In this document: positions 49,780 to 58,532 of the stretch, piece by piece | How positions within the stretch are numbered: position 1 is the first letter of the stretch | Layout: each line of letters opens with the position of its first letter | Source of the DNA: a virus | Virus record (IMG/VR): IMGVR_UViG_3300024346_000045 | Location: 7,776-71,775 of that record | Strand: one strand, 5' to 3' | DNA: 64,000 bases | The notes under the pieces: generated by a model | The model's input: only the letters and a program-made list of their open reading frames with translations | Told to the model about the DNA's origin: nothing | The model's database searches: none | Program-made: the position numbers and the translations under genes

Positions 49780-50456
49780 TGAATATTCTGTGTCTTGGGT
49801 GCAGCTGGACTGCTGGCATCAATGCGCAGCCGTATAATTGGGTAGAAGCGCTGGCTAAAATAACTCCTGAACATACATTTTATAATTTTGCTTTATGCGG
49901 TAGTAGCCTACTACATAGTATATGGATTCTTGAAACAACGTTAAAACAGCAATGGGATATAATAAAAATTGGAAAGATTGATAAAGTTATTTTTCAAGTC
50001 ACAAACGAAGGGCGATTAACATATTATAAAAATCTCGATAACGTTAGACTAGCAGATTACGTAGAAAAATCAAAAACTATTTCTAATTATAATATATTAA
50101 ATTTGCCTTGGCAACAAATATGTCAACTTAATTACGGAGTTTTACATCCAGAAAATGCGTCTATTCACCACAGTAGTTGGAATGAAATATACAAATTTGC
50201 TACAGACTACTATTCTAAATTAACTAGACATCAGCATTTTGATATTGAACATAAAGCATTAGTAGAATATGCAAGATCACATTCTGATTTTATGTTTTTA
50301 CATAGACGCGACGATATAGGAATTCCTCAGATAGATTCTATACAAGATATTTTAGGTGATGACCAATTTAATAATTTTGTTATTGATAACGGCGGCCATT
50401 TTAATATTTTAGGAGCAAACTGGCAAGCTTCTTATATTAAGAGTTTGCTATTATGA
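49779..50456 (+). CDS. SGNH/GDSL-like hydrolase or acyltransferase
   Basis: ILCLGCSWTAG (block I), NFALCGSS (block II), DNGGHFN (block V); start moved to the TAATG-coupled ATG at 49779. Confidence 0.65.
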   Translation: MNILCLGCSWTAGINAQPYNWVEALAKITPEHTFYNFALCGSSLLHSIWILETTLKQQWDIIKIGKIDKVIFQVTNEGRLTYYKNLDNVRLADYVEKSKTISNYNILNLPWQQICQLNYGVLHPENASIHHSSWNEIYKFATDYYSKLTRHQHFDIEHKALVEYARSHSDFMFLHRRDDIGIPQIDSIQDILGDDQFNNFVIDNGGHFNILGANWQASYIKSLLL

Positions 50457-51170
50457 GTTGTAAATAGTCATATTAAAATACGAGGTTACTGGTTTTGTTG
50501 GGTTTACAAACTTCTTTGTATCAAAAAACATATTTCCAGTTCTTACCCAATCTGCAATCATAGAAGAAAATATTAAATTATTTTCTTGATTTAAATGGCA
50601 ATGTCTTATATCAGCCCATGGCCATTTATCACTTTTTAAATTGTAGTAATCTATATCCATCTGAGAAATGTGACCTAAAGTAAAAGTTGAGTTCCAACCT
50701 TCTTCACCTGTAACATAAAAGCAAGGAATTAACAAAGCATCGGGTCTAATATTTCTTATTTCTTTTATTAATAATTTGTGAAATAATAAGTCTCTTTCTG
50801 GACATGCTATGTATTTGTAATAATCTTCAACAGCGTTATTAACTTTATTTAAATATGCATTTGATTTATACTGCGATTCGACAACATCTCGTATACCATG
50901 GTATCCATTTACATGTTGTAGTGGAGGATCACAATTCATATATTCTTCAGGTAATGGAAGTAAAATTCTTCCAGGACCAGTTACTAAAAAAACAATTTTT
51001 TCAAATTTACCATGATGTTTTAAAAATTCATTATAGCTGTAGTGCAAAGAGCTTCCATTAACTCCGTAGGAAACTGTTGGATATTGATCGTTTAAGTATT
51101 GGTGCCACGGTCTACCTATACCATGATCGTGACTTGCTGCGTAGCTATCTCCAAAGACTGCTATTTTCAT
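50451..51170 (-). CDS. SGNH/GDSL-like hydrolase or acyltransferase
   Basis: IAVFGDSYA; YGVNGSS; DIRHCHLN; AGGGGAG RBS. Confidence 0.7.
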   Translation of the reverse strand: MKIAVFGDSYAASHDHGIGRPWHQYLNDQYPTVSYGVNGSSLHYSYNEFLKHHGKFEKIVFLVTGPGRILLPLPEEYMNCDPPLQHVNGYHGIRDVVESQYKSNAYLNKVNNAVEDYYKYIACPERDLLFHKLLIKEIRNIRPDALLIPCFYVTGEEGWNSTFTLGHISQMDIDYYNLKSDKWPWADIRHCHLNQENNLIFSSMIADWVRTGNMFFDTKKFVNPTKPVTSYFNMTIYNS

Positions 51171-51207
51171 AAGCTCCCCTAATAAATTATATGATAAGAT
51201 CTCTGTT

Positions 51208-51215
51208 TATAAATA
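51208..51215 (+). promoter_or_regulatory. T4 consensus late promoter
   Basis: Exact TATAAATA in the intergenic gap, 18 nt before the SDR ATG with a GGAG RBS. Confidence 0.7.
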
Positions 51216-51233
51216 TATCTGTTCGGAGTATTT

Positions 51234-51794
51234 ATGAAAATTTTAATCACAGGAAATTGTGAATACGGTTTAGCCAAAGAGTTATTTAAAATTTACCCAA
51301 CTGCTACATTTTTATCTCGTAAAACAGGCGTAGATTTAACTTCTATCGACGGACAAATTAAGTGTGCAGAATTAGTGTTAGAACATGATGTATTTGTTAA
51401 TTCGTCAGCTCTTTGGAAATTTAACCAGACAGTATTATTAGATCAAGTGTACAAATTATGTGTTGAAAAAAATCATAGTCCTCATATTATTTCTGTTGGG
51501 TCTACTACTGATAGAGTTAAGAACGGTAAGGCTTGGCTATATAATGCTGAAAAAAAGGCCCTTCGAGACTATTCTAATACACTAGCATTATCGGGTGTTT
51601 GGGGAGAAACTCCTAAGGTAACATATATTAGTTTTGGAACTCTTACTAATAATCAACATAAACATATAGGTAGAAAGTGCATGGATATTTCCCTAGCAGC
51701 TGAATATATTAAATGGGTTATAGAACAACCGAGACACATTAATATTAATGAAATAAGTATAGACCCGATGCAAGGAAAAAACTGGAATGAGTGA
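51234..51794 (+). CDS. short-chain dehydrogenase/reductase-like protein
   Basis: KILITG N-terminus, DVFVNSS, ISVGS, YxxxK (YNAEK). Confidence 0.75.
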   Translation: MKILITGNCEYGLAKELFKIYPTATFLSRKTGVDLTSIDGQIKCAELVLEHDVFVNSSALWKFNQTVLLDQVYKLCVEKNHSPHIISVGSTTDRVKNGKAWLYNAEKKALRDYSNTLALSGVWGETPKVTYISFGTLTNNQHKHIGRKCMDISLAAEYIKWVIEQPRHININEISIDPMQGKNWNE

Positions 51795-52959
51795 TTTAAG
51801 TTGGAGTGCGTACGATTTTACAAAAATACCATATGACGATATTGTGCGTGTAGGGCAACGTACATTGTTGTACAGAGATTTGTTTACTGTAAGTTGGTTA
51901 CTAGGCAGATTTTGTAATTATAGATGTAGTTATTGTTGGCCTTATGCACGTAGTGACAGTAAGGATCATAGACCTACTGAACTATGTTTAAAAACAATTG
52001 ACGAAATTAAAAGACAGGCTAGAGAACGTAATTTTAATAGTTTTCATTTTAGTCTAAGTGGAGGTGAACCGACTTTTCATCCCGGGTACACAGACATTTT
52101 AGAATATCTCAATAATGATGTAGAAAATACAAATTACACTAGTGTTCATATGACAAGCAATATGAGCCGATCATTAAAGTGGTTTGAAGAAAAATATTGT
52201 CCTGCGGTTAGTAAATTTCATCGAGCTAGTATTACTGCAAGTTTACACACCGAGCATGTTGATACAAAAGAAAAAATGCAAGACTTTGCAGATAAACTTA
52301 TATTGTGTCAGCAACATGATGTTCAGGTAACGATCAATATGGTTATGGTTCCAGAATGGTTTGATAGAGATTTTGATAATGCATTGTTCTTCCATAATCA
52401 AGGAATTAATGTTACATTGAAGCCGCAAAGCGATCCCACTGCCAGTCGAGTAGTTGATGGTTATACTCCTGAAATGCTAAAGAGGTTGCATAACGGTATG
52501 CCTCAACGTGCGTTCACAGAAGACAAAGCTAAACGTACTATGTTAGTAAAACGTCCTGAGCCTAGATTTTATAAAACACCCGATCCTATCTATCAAGATG
52601 CCCAAGCTAAAATTCCTCAACACTTTCAAGTAGAGTTTAGAGACAAAGAGCACAAGATTTGGTACATGGATCAAGCGGAAAGATTTAATGCATTTAACTT
52701 TAACAAGTTTAAAGGATGGGAATGTTCTAGTGGTTATAGAGGAATAATTATTAGAGAACCTGACGGTAGTGTAAAACGTAGTTACAGTTGTAGTGATGTT
52801 CCTCTGGGAAACATCGAAACTGGATTTCAACTATTTGACGGTCCTAAACCCTGTATTAGTGAAAGCTGTGTAAGTTCAGCAGACAGTAAGATTCCTAAGA
52901 GAGCTCCGGGGACTAAATTACCTTTATGGCCAGGAGATAAAACTTTTGAAAAAATTTAA
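51787..52959 (+). CDS. radical SAM enzyme with C-terminal Cys domain
   Basis: WLLGRFCNYRCSYC; LSGGEPT; TSNMSR; ASLH; FKGWEC...SC...PC...C. Confidence 0.92.
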   Translation: MSDLSWSAYDFTKIPYDDIVRVGQRTLLYRDLFTVSWLLGRFCNYRCSYCWPYARSDSKDHRPTELCLKTIDEIKRQARERNFNSFHFSLSGGEPTFHPGYTDILEYLNNDVENTNYTSVHMTSNMSRSLKWFEEKYCPAVSKFHRASITASLHTEHVDTKEKMQDFADKLILCQQHDVQVTINMVMVPEWFDRDFDNALFFHNQGINVTLKPQSDPTASRVVDGYTPEMLKRLHNGMPQRAFTEDKAKRTMLVKRPEPRFYKTPDPIYQDAQAKIPQHFQVEFRDKEHKIWYMDQAERFNAFNFNKFKGWECSSGYRGIIIREPDGSVKRSYSCSDVPLGNIETGFQLFDGPKPCISESCVSSADSKIPKRAPGTKLPLWPGDKTFEKI

Positions 52960-53596
52960 TAATAGGCTAGATATTCCTGGAATGACTTTTCCTAGGGAGC
53001 TCGATATATTATCTAATATTGCAAGTTTAGTTCCCGAAGGAGGAAAAATATTAGAAATTGGATCTTGCTTTGGCAGAAGCGCTCATGCATTATATACAGG
53101 AAAAAAAGAAACTGTAAAACTAACTTGTTTAGATTTATGGGGAGATACTATACCTTTTCCTGAAAATTCTTATCACGGAAGCAAAGAATTACTTAATGAT
53201 GCAATTAATATTTCTTTTGAAAGACAAAATTCTAGATATGGATTCGAATACATATTAGGTAGCGAAATTATTAATGATATAGAAATAATACAAGATTCCA
53301 GTTCTAATTTAAAAGACTTTAATTTTGATTTAGTTTTTATAGACGGAGATCATAACTATAGTAGTGTATCGACTGATATAAACAACTTTGTTTTTAATTC
53401 TAATACTTTAATTTTAGGTGATGATGCTAATCAGTCTAATTGGGACGTAATAAAAGCAATATGGGATAATAAAAGAAACAGAACGCTAATAGTTCCTAGC
53501 GGACAAGATGTTAAATTTTTTGCACTAATACCGCCTAACGGTTATTGGGTTGACCATTCAAACAGCATATTAGAGATATTAAGATATGAATTTTAA
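52946..53596 (+). CDS. class I SAM-dependent methyltransferase (Methyltransf_24-like)
   Basis: ILEIGSCFGRS; CLDLW; FDLVFIDGDHNY; ILGDD. Start codon uncertain (TTG). Confidence 0.8.
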   Translation: MKKFNNRLDIPGMTFPRELDILSNIASLVPEGGKILEIGSCFGRSAHALYTGKKETVKLTCLDLWGDTIPFPENSYHGSKELLNDAINISFERQNSRYGFEYILGSEIINDIEIIQDSSSNLKDFNFDLVFIDGDHNYSSVSTDINNFVFNSNTLILGDDANQSNWDVIKAIWDNKRNRTLIVPSGQDVKFFALIPPNGYWVDHSNSILEILRYEF

Positions 53597-54176
53597 GTTA
53601 ACTTCTTTTGATCGCCTTCTTAAAATAAATGTTGATTTTGATATTGAAAGAAATGAGTTAATATCTCTTATTGAAAAAGAAACGACATGGGAACATCACG
53701 GTACTCGGTCTTATTTGCAAACAGTTCAAAATAACAGTCTTAATTCGATAAGAAATCACTTAATGAGTAATACAATTACATTGATGTTGTTAGAGGAAAT
53801 TTATAAGTTACACCCTCAATTAAAAGAGCAATGGGGATTAACATTTACAGAAATGTATAATAAATCTTTAACCAATGTTTATTTTTGTAGAGATATGCCC
53901 GGGCACAATACCGGGTTACACTTAGATGCACTCAGATTGCCTTTTACAGGAATGATATTTTTAACTGAAAAAGATGATGAATTAATGTCTACTTATTTTT
54001 ATACAGATAGCAATAAAAATAATTCATTTAGAATGACAACAAATTACGGGGACGGATGGTTTCAAGCTAACTCGCACAATTCGTGGCATGAGGGCGGAAA
54101 CAATACAGATATAGTTAGGTATGCTATCATAATAGAAATTAATCCTAATTGGGAAAATAATAATTCTAGGAATTAA
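53586..54176 (+). CDS. 2OG-Fe(II) oxygenase-like protein
   Basis: HLD (HxD)...SWHEG...VRY facial triad plus 2OG-binding Arg. Confidence 0.75.
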   Translation: MNFKLTSFDRLLKINVDFDIERNELISLIEKETTWEHHGTRSYLQTVQNNSLNSIRNHLMSNTITLMLLEEIYKLHPQLKEQWGLTFTEMYNKSLTNVYFCRDMPGHNTGLHLDALRLPFTGMIFLTEKDDELMSTYFYTDSNKNNSFRMTTNYGDGWFQANSHNSWHEGGNNTDIVRYAIIIEINPNWENNNSRN

Positions 54177-54178
54177 AA

Positions 54179-54883
54179 ATGAAAATTGATTTTTTCGGTC
54201 ACAGTATTTGCGGAAGAAGGACTAATCTTGACCGTCCTAAAACCTTCGCTGATATAATAGTTGAACAATATCAAGCATCTAATAGATGGTTTGGATTTGG
54301 AAACGGTTCAGAAGAAAGAATTTTATATTATTTGAAAAAAGCTGAAACTCCTAACATTGCTATTATCTTTCATAGCGATCCTGCATTTTTCTTTACTCCG
54401 TCGTTGTCGTGTGACTATCATAGATTAAATGAACACGATTTAAAAGAAAAATTTATCTACGCATTACCTAAATTTTATCCTAATCGAAAAATAGATAAAA
54501 TATTTGTAGAGAATGAAGCTTATGAAGAAATAGATGCAGAAGTTGCTAGAACAGCATTTTTAAACTATTACGATTTTTTTACAACACCTGAAGTTAATAA
54601 AAATAGATTTTATGGTGCGTTAATACAGATTGATCAATATTGTACACATAAAAAAATTCCAGTTATACATTGTCCTAAATCTCCGACTCATATACCTTCT
54701 TGGTTTAAATTTACTAGCGGAATAGTTGACTATGAATTAGGATTGAGTCAGAATGATAATCATCCTTTTAGGGCTTCTTATGGAAAATCTGATAATGCTG
54801 TAACAAAAGAAGGTAATGAACAAATTGCAAAAAAGTTAATCGAATATATTGATCAACTATTAATTTCAAAGGATAAAAAATGA
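54179..54883 (+). CDS. degenerate SGNH-like protein
   Basis: IDFFGHSIC in block I position; GNGSEERI; C-terminal DNAVTKEGN. Confidence 0.55.
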   Translation: MKIDFFGHSICGRRTNLDRPKTFADIIVEQYQASNRWFGFGNGSEERILYYLKKAETPNIAIIFHSDPAFFFTPSLSCDYHRLNEHDLKEKFIYALPKFYPNRKIDKIFVENEAYEEIDAEVARTAFLNYYDFFTTPEVNKNRFYGALIQIDQYCTHKKIPVIHCPKSPTHIPSWFKFTSGIVDYELGLSQNDNHPFRASYGKSDNAVTKEGNEQIAKKLIEYIDQLLISKDKK

Positions 54884-55587
54884 AAATTGATTTTTTCGGA
54901 CATAGTATTTGCGGAAAACGATCAGGTCCTGATCGTCCTAAGACATTTGTCGATATGCTTGTAGAGCATTATCAAGCGGGCAATCAATGGATAGGCTTTG
55001 CTAACTGTTCAGAAGAACGTCTCTTATATACTATGAAAAAAACTAAAGACATAGACGTTGCAATTATTTTTCATAGCGATCCTTCTTTTATCTACACTCC
55101 TAGCTTTGAATGCGATTATCATAGACTAAGCGAACAGCAGCTAAATGAAAAATTTATCTATGATGTTCCAAAATTTCATCCAGAATGGAAGAAAGATAAT
55201 TTGTTTGCACAAAACGACGAGCGAATTGAGCTAGATGAGGAAACTGCAAAAAACGCATTCTTGACTTATTACAATTATTTTACAACTCCGGAAGTTAACA
55301 GAAATAGGCACTACGGAGCATTAATTCAAATTGATCAACTATGTGCAGCAAAAAACATAAAAGTTATACACTGTCCTAAATCAAGAAAAGATATACCTCA
55401 ATGGTTTAAATTTACTACAGGATTAGTTGATTGGGACATAGCAAGTATGCAAAATGATGGTAGTAAGTATTCTGTATCTTATAATAAAGTAGACAATGCT
55501 ATTTCAGAAGAAGGAAACAGAATAATTTATGAAAAATTTGTAAAGTATATTGATCAGCTAGTTAACCAATCAACTAACAACGGGTGA
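54880..55587 (+). CDS. degenerate SGNH-like protein (tandem duplicate of 54179)
   Basis: Collinear with 54179: MKIDFFGHSICG, SEER, IIFHSDP, CDYHRL, FTTPEVN, YGALIQIDQ, VIHCPKS, WFKFT, DNA..EGN. Confidence 0.55.
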   Translation: MKIDFFGHSICGKRSGPDRPKTFVDMLVEHYQAGNQWIGFANCSEERLLYTMKKTKDIDVAIIFHSDPSFIYTPSFECDYHRLSEQQLNEKFIYDVPKFHPEWKKDNLFAQNDERIELDEETAKNAFLTYYNYFTTPEVNRNRHYGALIQIDQLCAAKNIKVIHCPKSRKDIPQWFKFTTGLVDWDIASMQNDGSKYSVSYNKVDNAISEEGNRIIYEKFVKYIDQLVNQSTNNG

Positions 55588-56795
55588 AGATAATCTTTAA
55601 AATTTTGATTTCTTGATAAATCAAAATAGCCTATCTCTTTTAACATCAACTCTTTGTTTTCTTGATTGTCACTAATAGCGTTATCAATTTGTTGAATTAA
55701 ATTTTGAATCTTATGATCAACATCGCCTCGTTCATTATATAAAAATGGTAAAACGTTTTCCTTAGCAACAGATAAAATGCTAATAGGTAAACGTTTTATA
55801 CTAGTTCCTCGATCTAATCCGTATGCTTCAGAAAAAGTTATAGAACTTTTATTCCAGATAGATCTTATCCATTTTATATATTCAGGAATAACTAATAGAT
55901 TTAACGATGTTAATACTAGTGCAACTCTAAAAAAATCTACAGATTTTATCTTTGAAAAATAATTCCTTAAGGTTAAATCTAACTCTTCGAAGTTTGCAGG
56001 ATACCTAATATAATCATAAGTTTTACCAAACCCGTCTATACTAAAATTATGAACATTTTTCTTAAAGTGGTTTAATTTTTCAATTATCTCGTCGTTAATT
56101 AATGTTCCATTGGTATGGAAAGTTAATATGGTATTTTTTGCATTGCCTGTTTCTATGTATCGATCAATTAATTTAACAACTTTTTTATCATAGAATGGCT
56201 CGCCACCACTGGCCTTTATAACTTTAATTTTATCAGTATTTTCCATTAACCAGTTCCATTGAATAGAGTCAGTTGCTCTAATCGGTTCGGGTTTTATATG
56301 GGCCCAAAATTTTGTTTCTTGAGAAATTTGAAAGTTCATCTCTCCCTCCATCTTCTCAAAAAAATCCCAATCTATCATTAGTGAATTACTAGACATAGGT
56401 GTACACATCCTACATCTTAAATTACATGCTGTGCTGGCAGTGATATCTACTACCGATAATCCTGTATCTTCATAACCGTAGTCATCATCTGAAAACAACC
56501 TAAATGAATTGAGTCCTCTAGATTCTTGATCCCAGCATACTTTACAAGCATCGTCTTTAACACCAGTTAACAAATTATTTCTTAAATCGTTAATTCTAGG
56601 GTGGTTAAAAATTTCATCAGGGGTTAGATCTTTTATATTATTGATACCGATATTATTTACAGATCCATCTTGATTTCTAATGTTACCCATCATGCAACAT
56701 GGCCATGCAGCTTGTAGTGTGGATCCTTGCCACTCTTTCATTGCAAGTTCTCTAAATGGATATTTGCAATATGTATTATTTTTTTCAGGTTTCAT
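55554..56795 (-). CDS. radical SAM enzyme with N-terminal twitch-like domain
   Basis: YCKYPF...WPCC...CKVCW, then CNLRCRMC, ASGGEP and HTNGT. Confidence 0.92.
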   Translation of the reverse strand: MKPEKNNTYCKYPFRELAMKEWQGSTLQAAWPCCMMGNIRNQDGSVNNIGINNIKDLTPDEIFNHPRINDLRNNLLTGVKDDACKVCWDQESRGLNSFRLFSDDDYGYEDTGLSVVDITASTACNLRCRMCTPMSSNSLMIDWDFFEKMEGEMNFQISQETKFWAHIKPEPIRATDSIQWNWLMENTDKIKVIKASGGEPFYDKKVVKLIDRYIETGNAKNTILTFHTNGTLINDEIIEKLNHFKKNVHNFSIDGFGKTYDYIRYPANFEELDLTLRNYFSKIKSVDFFRVALVLTSLNLLVIPEYIKWIRSIWNKSSITFSEAYGLDRGTSIKRLPISILSVAKENVLPFLYNERGDVDHKIQNLIQQIDNAISDNQENKELMLKEIGYFDLSRNQNFKDYLHPLLVDWLTS

Positions 56796-56799
56796 GATT

Positions 56800-56813
56800 T
56801 ATTTAACTAAATA
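56800..56813. promoter_or_regulatory. divergent pair of putative late promoters
   Basis: TAAATA on minus (56805-56800) toward the rSAM gene and CTAAATA on plus (56807-56813) toward the tRNA. Confidence 0.5.
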
Positions 56814-56849
56814 GAATACCGGTTGCATGGAGTTCGTCCCTAGCCGGGC

Positions 56850-56926
56850 AGGGGTGTAGCGCAGCCCGTTAGCGCACTAGTCAAGGGGACTAGAGGTCGC
56901 TGGTTAAAATCCAGCCACCCCGACCA
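56850..56926 (+). tRNA. non-canonical tRNA-Pro-like gene, anticodon AGG, encoded CCA
   Basis: Cloverleaf: GGGGTG/CACCCC acceptor, GCGC/GCGC D-stem, CTAGT/ACTAG anticodon stem with loop CA-AGG-GG, GCTGG/CCAGC T-stem, then G72 A73 CCA. Confidence 0.8.
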
Positions 56927-56928
56927 TT

Positions 56929-57603
56929 TCACAGTTCCAGTGGGAACACTTTTGCAATTACTTCTCCACACGCCTTGGCAATGTCCATATGTTCTTTTTG
57001 TGTACCGTTTTCCCTACGCAAGTTAATGTAATGAATCCAACTACGGATAGTACCGTTCATGTACATGCGACTTACTGTAAGACCTTCCGGAAGAACAGCA
57101 CGGGCTTGTTCTTTAGCAATACCGTTAGCAATAGCCCACTTATACTCTTTTTCTACTGCAAACAATACTCGCTTTTGGGCACGTTCCCATTCGATAGCCA
57201 GTAAACGTTGGCTTTCGTCGTTCATATCAAACTCGACACTGTTCTGTCTATTCTTTGTATCCTGAAAACGTGCTTCTCGGACTACAAATGCCTTACTTAA
57301 TTCTGCTGTAGGGTCAGCATAGCGTTGGCTAAACTCTTGAAAGCTAAATGAACGATGACGTAGGATTTGTCGAGCAATATCTCTAGTAGTTTCAATCTCA
57401 ATACAAGCTGAAACCATTTCAAGAGGGCTCCAATGCTGATGCTTGATCAAGTACTTAATCAATTTTTCGCTTGTTTCTGTATTGAATTGATTAGCAGGGT
57501 TACTTACACGAGCACAGTAAGCTACAAGATCTAGGGCATCTTCAATGCCTTGATTTGTAAACTCTGGGGTCGGATTGCTATATGATATTAGAGTAACTTT
57601 CAT
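56929..57603 (-). CDS. thyX: flavin-dependent thymidylate synthase
   Basis: HWSPLE; ThyX motif RHRSFSFQEFSQRY; EQARAVLP; TQKEH. Confidence 0.95.
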   Translation of the reverse strand: MKVTLISYSNPTPEFTNQGIEDALDLVAYCARVSNPANQFNTETSEKLIKYLIKHQHWSPLEMVSACIEIETTRDIARQILRHRSFSFQEFSQRYADPTAELSKAFVVREARFQDTKNRQNSVEFDMNDESQRLLAIEWERAQKRVLFAVEKEYKWAIANGIAKEQARAVLPEGLTVSRMYMNGTIRSWIHYINLRRENGTQKEHMDIAKACGEVIAKVFPLEL

Positions 57604-57917
57604 TTTAACTTTCTGTTATTTAAAAATTTTTTTGTGTTTCTTTCGATGTCTTTTTTAATTCTATCTGTGTCAAGTCTAAAATCAATACTTTCTATTCTAT
57701 CCTCGTATTCGGAAATCATTTCTCTCATATGCTTTTCAAAAGAATCCCAATTGGCCTTAGATTCTTGTTTAATTTCTATTTCCCAGATTTTATTGTTTTT
57801 AAATGTTACTTTAACCGCATGAAGATACGATAGAGGAACAACATTAAGAGTTACCTCTCCGAATACTTCAGGCCAACGATCAATTACATCTTTGGGAAAG
57901 GATTTCCCGTTAGTCAC
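57600..57917 (-). CDS. hypothetical protein
   Basis: 105-aa ORF with ATGA overlaps at both ends. Confidence 0.7.
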   Translation of the reverse strand: MTNGKSFPKDVIDRWPEVFGEVTLNVVPLSYLHAVKVTFKNNKIWEIEIKQESKANWDSFEKHMREMISEYEDRIESIDFRLDTDRIKKDIERNTKKFLNNRKLK

Positions 57918-58531
57918 TTTCGTTTCGTTGGATTTAATTCTTCTGCTTTTCTTCGAAATTCAGCAGCCTGCTTTGCTAACTTGTCTGCCTGGCTACGATA
58001 CAACTTAGCTTCTGATTCTGGAGTTTCAAAAGTAGATGGTGCAGCATCTGGCTCGCCATTAACTGAAGCAGATGTTGTTCTTGCTTCAGGTGACAAGTCA
58101 TTAATTTTGGCAACTTCGACTACTTCTACATTATCCTTTACTGGTTCTGTAACTGCTAAATCGTCAATTGCTACATTTCGTTGTTGTGCAATAATTGCAT
58201 TTAACTCGCTTAACAATACAGAGCTTGTAAAGTTTGGAGTCATTTCAATTTTATCAGTAGCTACTTTAACTAGCCTGCCGCCTGCATGTAACGCAGGTAG
58301 CATTGTGCTACCGTCCGAAAACTTAGATCTAGCAAGTACTTCTGCAAATTCGTAACAGGATTGGCCTGATGCTGATTCAACTAGTTGTATAAGAGAATCG
58401 TGATAACTTTCAGGTAAATTTTCAGTTGGGATAATTAAGCAACTAGACGAATCTCCTGGTAATGTTCTAAATGCAACAAGACATTTTTTACCTGTTGCTC
58501 TTACTCTACCTACGTGTTTTAAATCTACCAT
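57914..58531 (-). CDS. hypothetical protein with C-terminal coiled coil
   Basis: 205-aa ORF, GGGAG RBS, in operon. Confidence 0.7.
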   Translation of the reverse strand: MVDLKHVGRVRATGKKCLVAFRTLPGDSSSCLIIPTENLPESYHDSLIQLVESASGQSCYEFAEVLARSKFSDGSTMLPALHAGGRLVKVATDKIEMTPNFTSSVLLSELNAIIAQQRNVAIDDLAVTEPVKDNVEVVEVAKINDLSPEARTTSASVNGEPDAAPSTFETPESEAKLYRSQADKLAKQAAEFRRKAEELNPTKRK

Positions 58532-58532
58532 G

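Noticed and set aside
40345-56795. rSAM genes as MoaA, NrdG or QueE housekeeping auxiliaries
   Set aside because: Domain layouts differ and partner genes (moaC, nrdD, queD/folE) are absent from the window.
56850-56926. tRNA as a prophage or island integration site
   Set aside because: No integrase and no duplicated tRNA 3' end noticed; both flanks are phage genes.
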